Shown: piece after piece, positions 13,016 through 24,100 of the stretch
Position numbering within the stretch: the first letter of the stretch is position 1
Layout: each line of letters opens with the position of its first letter
Origin: Lingula anatina
Taxonomy: Eukaryota; Animalia; Brachiopoda
Direction of reading: 5' to 3'
NCBI GenBank assembly: GCA_051362555.1
Contig: CM120641.1
Location: forward strand, 13,764,001 to 13,828,000
Length of the DNA stretch: 64,000 bases
Notes under the pieces: model-generated
Told to the model about the DNA's origin: nothing
What the model saw: the letters and a program-made list of their open reading frames with translations, nothing else
Databases searched by the model: none
Position numbers and translations under genes: made by a program

Positions 13016-14127
13016 CATGACTGACTGATTTTTGTCAGCCATATCGATTTTTTAGTTTGCAAATTGCAAATATGATAATCTTTGCTAAGTGTTACAATGA
13101 GTTCAGTTTATCCAACTTTGCAAAAGCTTAACTAGTCACTCATTTTGTTTTGCATGTTAAGCCTATTTTATGCATTAGCATGTTGACTGTGATATCATTT
13201 TCATTGCACAATGTACATAGTATAGTGTGGATTTAAATGGTAAGATTTTTTTGTTTTTAGAAATAAGGTTTCTAACTCTACATATTAGATTTTTGTAATC
13301 AATGTACAATCTTACTGTACAGAACTTCTGTACGCTTGAATTATATATTTGTATAGTGGCACCTTGAAGCTAGAACATTGCTTTATGTCATACGGGTTAG
13401 TAGTGTGCAGCAATTATAGAGATTATTTTAGCCACTTCAATTTGTATTTGTAACATGATATAATCAGTGATGGCTGTAATCATCAAAAGAAATAAAAATT
13501 GTTTTAGTTACTCTAGGCTGTCAACTACAAGGCTTAGAATGTTGGGACCATAGACTTTAGGACCCAGGAAACATTTGCAACAAAGCTCAAGTGATTTACT
13601 GTTTAAAACAAGAATAAAGATCACCATGTAAGCATTTTTATTTTGCCTTTTGATGTGGTGAATTTTCAATGGCATATTTCTCAATAGTAAGTGCTTATCT
13701 TAGATATAACAAATATGTTGTTAATCTCCTTTCCCTAAAGTTTTTTTTTCTGCATTTCCCACTTTGTTGGCATCTCTGTTACTGTACCCATTTGTTTTGT
13801 GTAATCCTTTGGCTTATTTTAAATAAATGGTCACATTTATACAATTGATTTTTCCTTTTGTGTCACTGTGATTTATTTATACATTTTAACATTCAAATAA
13901 AATGGTGAACAAATGCCAACAAAACATCCAGTAATTTATTTGATACAATGCACAACGTCAATTATCATTTATTGCACTTAAAATCATTTTGCCAACATAT
14001 CTTGGCACTGTCTAATTTAATTTGTAAGCTTAATATTCCAAAGACTCCATGACAGGAAAAATGTACATTAAATCAAACTTTTTCTTAAGAAGAAATATAT
14101 ATATATATATATATCTTTACTGTAATA

Positions 14128-16112
14128 CAAGGCAGCAAAGCTGTCAAATGTACAGACAAAAAGCTGAAAATAACAATGCACAAAATAGGCTGCTGTCAAT
14201 TCTGATACAAAAGTACATTATGCTTAACTGCAAATTCAACATCAAAATTTAATTATGCTCAACAGGTAACACCAATGTAAATAAAATATGAAACAAGCAT
14301 AAGGCTTCAGGCCCATGAGAGTTCACACTTTGAAAGTGCCAGAATGAGAAAAATGAAAATTTTACACAAAATTGCATAAATTCAATTATAAATGATAACC
14401 CAATTGAGCTGGCTTTCTAATTTGAACTGCATGCCAATCCTAAAAATCAAACTTGTAAGTTAAAAAAAATAATAATAAGTAACACAGTTTCTTTTCATAA
14501 TGTTTATTGTAGCAGTGCATTTTTGTCAATTTTGATGTAACATTACATAATAAATTACAGAATAATTATCACCAATTTTTGATTATTGACTATAAATAGC
14601 ATGGACATGTAGAAAATTTGGTTACCATTCGGCTTTATGTCCATGAGAGCTCCGAGTCCCACAATGAATGGCAACACGATAAATATGAATATTTCACTAA
14701 AATGTATTACTACAATAAAAAGAAGCAAATTAGACTGCTTTTCCAACTTGGCTGCAATTTAGTCCTGTGTTTCTTTTTTGAAAGTTTGACAGTCATAAGT
14801 AACATGGTTTACCCATAATGGTCATCATGGCAGCAGCACCCAAAATTGTGTTTTCTTCTATTTTGATGCAATATTACATAATGCTTAACAGCATAAAGAC
14901 CATCAGTTTTTAATAATAAAATACACGTATCATGGATTTTCAGAAAATGTGACTAGCATGGGTCTTCAAGCCCGTGGAGGTTCTAAGTCGCACCTTGAAA
15001 ATGCCAATATGTGAAAAATTAAATTTTCACAAAAAAACTGTTTAACTGCCAGAAAAATTTACCAAATAGACTGCATTGCCCACTGAAGCTTAATTTAAGT
15101 CCCATGTTTCTTTCCCTAAGTTTGAAAGTGACATGGGAGCAGTGTCCAAAATAGGGGTTTCTTCAAATTTTGATGCAACGTTACATAATGTTTAACAGCA
15201 TAATGACCATCAATTTTTAATAATAAAATATTGGTATCATGGATATTCAGAAAATGTGACTAGCAAAGGTCTTCAGGACCATGGAACTTCAAAGTCACAT
15301 CTTGAAAATGCCAAAAAGTAAACAAGACAGCACTGTTCTGAAATGTTTTTTTTTTCCATTTTTAACAATTTTTTAACATGAAACAAAATTAACAGTTTAC
15401 TGCCATTTTTATATGATTAACTAAGAAAATTGATGAGATGGGGAAAGTATCAATACAACAGTGTTAAATGTCCAATTTCCTCCATCTGAACATCGTGAAT
15501 GATTGAATCTGACAGACTGCAATGATACGAGTTTATTTCCATATTTGAAACTCTATTACACAATACACGATAACAAGTTTACCATCATTTTTACACAATC
15601 AAATAACAATGTTGTACAGATGCAGGAAATGTGAAACAAACACCTTTACGTATCTTATTAGTTAAATAATGAGACTGTTAACATGCCTAAGAATTGAATC
15701 TGAGGAAATGTGAAAAAACAGCATAACTTCTAAAATAATGGCCCGATAATGCTGATTTTCGAACTTGACCTGCGTTTTAGTGAGATTGATTACTCCTGTG
15801 AGTTTCATGACAACAGGCCTATCGGTTTTCCTTGAAATGTGTTAACAGTGTTGCATATATGTTAAAAAGTGAAAAAACAGCATAACTTCTACAATAATGG
15901 CCCAAACATGCTGATTTTCGAACTTGACCTGCGTTTTATGAATATTTATCAGCTCTGTAAATATAAAGCCAAAAAGTAAAACTGTCTTCCACTTATCGTG
16001 TTAACGATGAAAGTGCACGGCGACGGCGACGACGACATCGACGGCGACAGGAACGGCGACGACAGACGCAGGTGATGGCAATATGTACAGACACATCTGT
16101 GTCTGTACATAA
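14128..16112 (-). mobile_element. HINE-like element, copy 2, between the CEP131 and HID1 3' ends
   Basis: Reverse complement of copy 1 from end to end, with one fewer 159-bp unit. Confidence 0.85.
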
Positions 16113-17260
16113 AAATGTGCCTCTAATGTAATCTGTATGCTTAATATTCCAAAAAATCCTTGACAGGAAAATAATGGTGCATTAAATCACCTTTTAACTT
16201 TTTCTTTAAAAAAATTAAATCTTGACTGTAATAAAATGTGCACTTTATACACGCTAAGAATTTAAACTGTTCAATCTTCAATTAATAGATTCAGTAGGTA
16301 ATCTTACACATTAAATTTCACACGTACTCTGCTAAAGTTAGTAAATTTCAACACTGAATATCCTTTGATGCAAACTGACACCTTACTTATATTTTGAAAT
16401 AATCAAAGGTACAAAATTTTGAAACGATCTGGAGATTCAATGTCCTTTCTATATTCTCAGCAGCTGTAGACATCCTGAGCACCCTGTAACACATTAAAAG
16501 CCTATGGTACTAACTTTTACCACTCGTAAAATAACAAAAAGAAAAATGTAACTAACAAATAGCCCTTGCTATGTTCACTACTATATGGGTTGAATTAACA
16601 GGAATGTAATCTTATATCAACAGAAAAGGCATTACAATCATCAGTTTCAAACACTTCTCATTACTAAAGTACTTTTGGATCAACTACCTACAGAGATATG
16701 GAATGTCTTCACAATGGCACCAAGTAAAGCATAAGAACTATTTTACTGTGCTGTCACATATGTGCCTGTTATAAGCACTTACAAATATTGAGGATTGTAG
16801 TGTGAACAATCCATGCAAACATCGACCTAGATTCAATAAAATTACATCCAAGATCTCCAAGTGTGCTTGTGCTCATTTAAAGCACGTTGAGAAACAACAA
16901 AAATGATCCTACCATAAAGGGCTCCAAACAATTTAACCCATTCTCTAAAATAGTGCATTCTCCATATAGCAACATGTACAAATAAAATCTCCTATATATA
17001 TTTTTAACGGCCTTTTTACTAATACATATGATTGATTATTGAACACAAGATGATGACAATATTAGATCTCTGTGGCCTTATCTCTGTTTACTTATATTTC
17101 ATTTTTATAACATAAGAAAAATAACAAATGTCAAGTGCTGCTTCACCCTAAAATTTTACCCACAAAGAAAGAAGAGAAAAAAATCCCCATCTTGAAGAAT
17201 TTTTGAACACCTTTTTCATTGTTGTTACCGCCACTTTTTCTCAACCTATGTGTGAATTTA

Positions 17261-18080
17261 CTAAACCCTCTGTATTTCAAATAGCTTCACATCTGTGTCA
17301 TACCAAATAGGAGGATCCACATTTCTGAAAAGGAAAAAAAAGTTCATAAACAAAGACCACTGACCAACCTTATTCTCCATTTCCAGTGCACTCAATTTTT
17401 TTACTTTTTAATGTGGCCAACTTTGAGGCACTTATATACAAGGTAACATTAATCTTTTTTTTTTTTTACCAATAGCTGTGTACAGTGTGTATAACAAACA
17501 GTCCAAGTAAGGCTCAGTCAGATTATGATTTTTTCTTTGGAAAATCTTAATATTTAACAAATTCCTGAGATAATGACTTGCAAATGAATGTACTACTATC
17601 AAAATCATTCAACGTTTTTCCATTGACACACTAAGGAATCACAACTCTGAATTTCAGTGAGTGTGCTACATGTACATACCTGAGGTATATGACTCCCCAC
17701 ATATAAGTACGGAACCACATGGTAGTACCACTGTTTGGCTGGTACTTCCTGATCAGTATAGGATGGGGCACAGGCAGCAGACCCACCAGGGTACCATGCT
17801 GGAGAAACTTGAGGATTTCACTCTCATCAGTTAGACCCCTATAACAAAAATATATAAACAACTCAATACAGCATATTACAATAGCTTAATGTTTGGGGGC
17901 CTAAGTCTTACATTTCTGACAGAAAAGAATGGCAAATATAACTAATATTTGTTAAACTGATTGATGACTAACCTTTACACAGTTAGCTTTTCTCTATTTG
18001 GTTAAACATTTCTGCAAAAATAGTGACAATCTATTTAAAAACCTACACATACAGCCTCAGTGTGTCTTATTTTTCTTTTT

Positions 18081-18112
<32 letters not shown>

Positions 18113-21100
18113 GTTAACAGCTACTTACTTGTCAATACATATCTTTTCTACTTGTGGCACTAACACTTGAAGAAGTCTCATGATGGTCTGCAATGGAAGC
18201 TTTTGCTTCCATGTGTGCACCTGAAAGTATAAATGGAATAACAGAACTATGAAAAGACTAGAAAAAGACATGCAAATAATCCCATGTGGTCCACCTATTA
18301 AATTATGCATTCAAGTGAGTTGGCATGTCAAATTTTTGCACAATACCTGACCAAATGCCACTGTATAGTTTTGAATAGCATAACTTAAAGAAATACTAAT
18401 GTTTTGTTTCACATTTCATGTGATAATACATTTGAACTGACATTTTCTGCTTTCTTTCTGTGCCACCAGAAATTTAAAAAGGTCCTTTTTTATTTTGGAT
18501 TTTTTTGGCTCTGGTGTATTTAATCAACATTTAAAGACACCATTTTACCCAAATGTTCAATTTTTCTCAAAATTACATAAGAGCCACGTTGATTTAGCTC
18601 TGTCTGTCTATCAAATAGGTGACATACTGTTATTTCAGTAATCCCAGAAAATTTCGCACAATAATACTAAACTGAAAGCTCAGCTGGAAATAAAATAATG
18701 AACAAGTGTTACACTGATAGTAAAAACCCACAACGCATAAACATCCTCACATCTTAACATTTCTTCATATTTCACTTCTGCAGCAGATATATATATATAT
18801 ATATGATATACCACGGTTGTTAAATCTACATTATCCACCTACCCATTCTGGAGAAGGCACCCAGGACCCGCCAGAGCTACCAACAGAGCTGGACCTCTGC
18901 ATCCTGGCTACTGCCTTGTCAGAGGCCCCAGAGGCAATAGAAGAGGTAGGGCTGCCAGGAGGTGAATGCTGAGAAATACAATTCTAATTCAATTATGGAA
19001 AAAAAAAACAAAAAGCATTGAAGATTATCGATATCTTCCTCATATTTAATTAAAATATAAATCTAAATATATTTAAATATAAATCTAATGTAAATTTAAC
19101 TCTAAATATAAAATTACAACAAGGCAGCAAAGCTGTCAAATGTACAGACAAAAAAGAAGGAAAAAAACAAAATAGGGTACAGTCAATTCTGATGCAAAAG
19201 TACACTATGTTAAACTGCAAATTCAACATCAAATTTTAATTATGCTCAACAGGTAATTCCAATGTAAGTAAAATGTGTAACAAGCATAAGGCTTCAGCCC
19301 CATAGGAGTTCAAGTTCACACTCTGAAAATGTATAACTTCCAGAAAAAGAAGTCAATTTGACTGCTTTTCTCAGGCTGCATTTTAGTCCTGTATTTCTTT
19401 TTTGAAAGTTTGGCAATCATAAGTAAGATGGTTTTCCCATAATGGTTTTCATGGCAGCAGCACCCAAAATTGTGAGTTCTTCTATTCTGATGCAATATTA
19501 CATAATGGTTAACAGCATAATGACAATCAATTTTTAATAATAAAATAAAGGTATCATGGATTTTCAGAAAATGTGACTAGCATGGGTCTTCAAGCCTGTG
19601 GAACTTCAAAGTCACACCTTGAAAATGCCAATATGTGAAAAATTAAACTTTCACAAAAAATCTGTTTAACCGACAGAAAGAATTACCAAACAGATTGCAT
19701 TGCCTACTGAAGCTGTATTTAAGTCCCATGTTTCTTTCTGTAAGTTTGAGAACAGTAAATGACATGGTTTTCCTTAAATGGTCATCATGGGAGCAGTGCC
19801 CAAAATAGGTTTATTTTCAAATTTTGATGCAATATTACATTATGTTTAACAGCATAATGATCATCAATTTTTAATAATATCATGTATATTCAGAAAATGT
19901 GACTAGCAAAGGTCTTCATGCCCATGGAACTTCAAAGTGACACCTTGAATATGCCAAAATGTAAACTAGACAGCACTGTGCTGAAATGGGTTTATTTCCA
20001 TTTTTAACACTTTTTTAATATAAGATGAAATAAACAGTTTACTGCCATTTTTATATGATCAACTAAGAAAATTGATGAGATGGGACAAATATCAATAGAA
20101 CTGTGTCAAATGTCCAATTTCCTCCATTCTGACATTCTGAACATAGTAAATGATTGAATCTGACTGATATGAGTTTATTTCCATTTTTGACACTTTATTA
20201 CACAATACACGATAACAAGTTTACCATCATTTCTACATAATCAACTAACAATGTTGTAAAGATGCAGGAAATGTCAAACAAACACTTCTATGTGTCTTAT
20301 TAATTAAATAATAAGACTGTTAACATGCCTAAGAATTGAATTTGAGGAAATGTGAAAAAACAGCACGACTTCTAAAACAATGGCCCGATTATACTAATTT
20401 TCAAACTCAACCTGCATTTTAGTAAGATTGACCACTCCTGTGAGTTTAATGACAATTGGTCTATCTGTTTTTTCTTATATTGTGTTTACAGTGTTGCATA
20501 TATGCTAAAAAGTGAAAAAACAGCATAACTACTAAAATAGTGGCCCGATCATGCCGATTTTCGAACTTGGCCTGCGTTTTAGTAAGATTGATTACTCCTG
20601 TGAGTTTCATGACAACAGGCCTATCGGTTTTCCTTAAAATGTGTTAACAGGGTTGCATATATGCTGAAAAGTGAAAAAACAGCATAACTTCTACAATAAT
20701 GGCCAGATCATGCTGATTTTCGAACTTGACCTGCGTTTTATGAATATTCATCAGCTCTGTAAATATAAAGCCAAAAAGTAAAACTGCCCTCCACTTATCG
20801 TGTTAACAAGGAAAGTGCACGGCGCCGGCATCGGCATCGGCGACGGCGACGACGGCGACGACAGACGCAGGTGATGGCAATATGTACAGACACATCTGTG
20901 TCTGTACATAAAAAGAAAAATAAACACCCTTATCTTATCAACCCAAACCCAACCTACCAAATTTTTCACCTTCTCAGACTTCCCTTTCTGCTCTTCATGA
21001 ACTTCTGCCACAGAATCAGCCTTAGGCTTGTCGTTGTTTACATCTCCACTTCCTGAATCGCATGCAAAAATTGAACAAGTAAATAAATAAAATAAAATAA

Positions 21101-24100
21101 AATACTAACAGTAACATATTTTCATCAGATATGTATATTATGATAAAAAAATTCAGAGAGGTTTTGATGAAGAGCAATAAGTTTTTGACTGAGAGAAAAC
21201 TTGTAAGGGGAAATGTGCATCAAATCTTTAATCTTTTTTTTTTAAATCAAACTAACCATATCAATTTGACGTAGTTCTCATTTACATTCTCATTTGATTC
21301 TCAAAGTAATTTTACTTTCATACAAAATATGACAGACTCCAGCAGTGCCAAAAGAAATTAAAAGAACATACATAACACCACTTAAACACACTTATTACCT
21401 GCCAGTTCCTTGAGTGTTGGCTTTTCCGCAGCAGCTTCATGAGTGGGTGATGAACCTGGCGTCTGTGGAGGCCTTCTCTCAGTCATATTATCTACCCCTG
21501 TGGACACAAAAGTCTGTTATTTCATGGGCTGCAACATGTTCATTTTGCTTTGTTTGTTTTTGCTTTTTAATGTGCATTGAGCAGGGCTTTTTTAAAAATG
21601 GTTTTGACTTCTTAAATGTCTGCCTTTATTACAAAAGCGTAAAACTTCATGTTCATAGTTTGTCACTTACTGGCAAAATAACATTTTAAGGAGGGGGGGG
21701 GGGGGGACCTATCTTCGAATTAGATTGTAAAACACCATTTTGATTAAACAGTATATCTGGTTTGAAATTTTACAAAATTCAACAGAATACCTGGATATGC
21801 TGCTAAGGTAGCCTTCAGGGTTCCAGGCTCGGCTTCTGTTGCTGGTAAAGCACCTTCCATTGTCTGAGGCTCGGGTGGAGTGTCTGGGGTAGATTGCGGG
21901 GAGAACTTCTTGCCCCGTTTGCTAAGAGCTTTAGCAATGGCAGAGTGATCTGTGGGGAGGTTTGCCAGTTGGTGGAATACATTCCTCTTTCTTATTATAG
22001 TGTAAACTAGGCTGGAATTTCCTGGAAAGACATCATGCTTATCATCCTTCAGAGCTTTGAAAAAATGAAAAACAGTAAATCTTCTCAAACTAATCACTCT
22101 AAAGCATTGAGAATGGAACCTGACACTTTCAACTTCACCCCTACTTATTTCAGTATAAAATTCAGTTGTTATCAATCTTCAAAGACTAGGAACATATAAT
22201 CCTAAATAGCATTCAATATGAAATGATCATGATACCAAATCATTATTTTACACTTAATCATGACTCACCATCGAACTGATACTGAATTATATTATTGAAA
22301 ACTTCCAACAAAAAGAACACCAAGTGGTGATTGGTGGGGCTAGCATATAAGAACCATGGAGTGCTGAATGCCTGAAAATTTGACAAACAAATGAGTGGAA
22401 CTAATGGCAGACTAAAACATCCAAACAACTAGTTTTAACATTCAAACTCACGATGCCGTTAATCTATTTATTAATCCATGAAAGTTATAGAAATAAATGG
22501 TTTAGATGAATGCGTATACCATTAGACAGGTAAATATTAAACAGGAAATGCAATTTTTTAACAGACCATACCTCAAGTAAATGCAAAAGTTTTGTGCTAG
22601 CCACCATTGATAAGGTCTTCAAGTATGGTGACACTAAAAACAGAGTAAAATTAAACATATATAAAACAGACATTTTTAAAACATGATCTCTTTGGAAATT
22701 GACTTTGTATGGTTGCCATATAACTATAATATTTCAGTAAATTTCTACTATCAAAGCATTGGGAGCTATATTTATATCATTAAATGTTTGCAATTTGCTG
22801 AATAAGTAATTAAATTGGAAATTAGTCTGTTTACCATTGACAATAATAGTCATAAGACAGTCAAACAGGGGCTGAAGTCTCTGGTGTCCACTTGTAATGA
22901 TTTTGTGAAAAACCTGTAATATAATATAATATAATATAATATAATATAATATAATATAATATAATATAATATAATATAATATAATATAATATAATATAAT
23001 ATAATATAATATAATATAATATAATATAATATAATATAATATAATATAATATAATATAATATAATATAATATAATATAATATAATATAATATAAAGTATA
23101 TCATTTTCAGTTCCTATCCTGTTTTTTATCATATGCAATTATTCTGTAAATAACTTCTCTTCTGAATAAAGTAAATGTAATAAAATGTTAAGAACACTTT
23201 TTTTAAAACTAATTGTATTTTCATAAGTGATAACCACTGTTCACTTGCAATCAATGAGCAGAGTAAGTGATAGTTTTTGAACTTCACCATTACTTCAAAT
23301 TCACCATTAAAATTATAACCTATCTCATTTTGCCATGGGACATAAGACACTGTTCTTGAATTTTGTTGCTATACTCACAATAATAAGTAAGTCTGCGTGT
23401 GCTCCAGTGAACACGGGGATATCCATGGGTACACGCACTGTGTAGGGTTTGTTAAGCCTCACACCAAAGTTTCTCTCCCCACTCAACAGAAGCAGAATGA
23501 ATACACCAATGTGCATCAACCCAACTCGGGCTGAAATGAGAAGACAATATGGTCAACAGACCATCACATTTCAAACATTAGAAATGTTTACCAATGTCAA
23601 AAATTTATTCAACAAAATTCCATACCATAAATTTAACTCATCACTTAACAGTTTACAATGATTATATGACATAGTGTATGCAATCAGATGCAAACAACAC
23701 ATGATCTACTTCTAATTCAATAATTCATAAACAGCAACAGGCAACAGTTTACTCCAAAATGTACTTAAATATTTCACATAAAACATTGAAATATCCATAC
23801 CATAAAAGAACAAATACAATATTATATTTCAGAAAACAAACTAAGTATAAGCCTTACACTGATCTGCCCTGGCATCATTGAGATAATACAGTATAGGAAC
23901 CAGGACATCCAGAACATCACTGCTTTTCAGTACGTAAAACATGAATTTCTGAAATATTTTTGGAAAAATATTTAGTGCACTTACATAGTCATATCAGAGA
24001 CAAAACCACAGAAGTTCAAAGTAAGAAATATCTTACATCTCATGTATATATTATCAGTCTTATCATTATGTAGGTTAAGTAAAAAAAAATCATGAAATGT

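Noticed and set aside
22734-23138. ORFs of repeating ILYY (and IYIY at 5256-5462)
   Set aside because: Translations of microsatellites. Only the 79-nt HID1 exon within is real.
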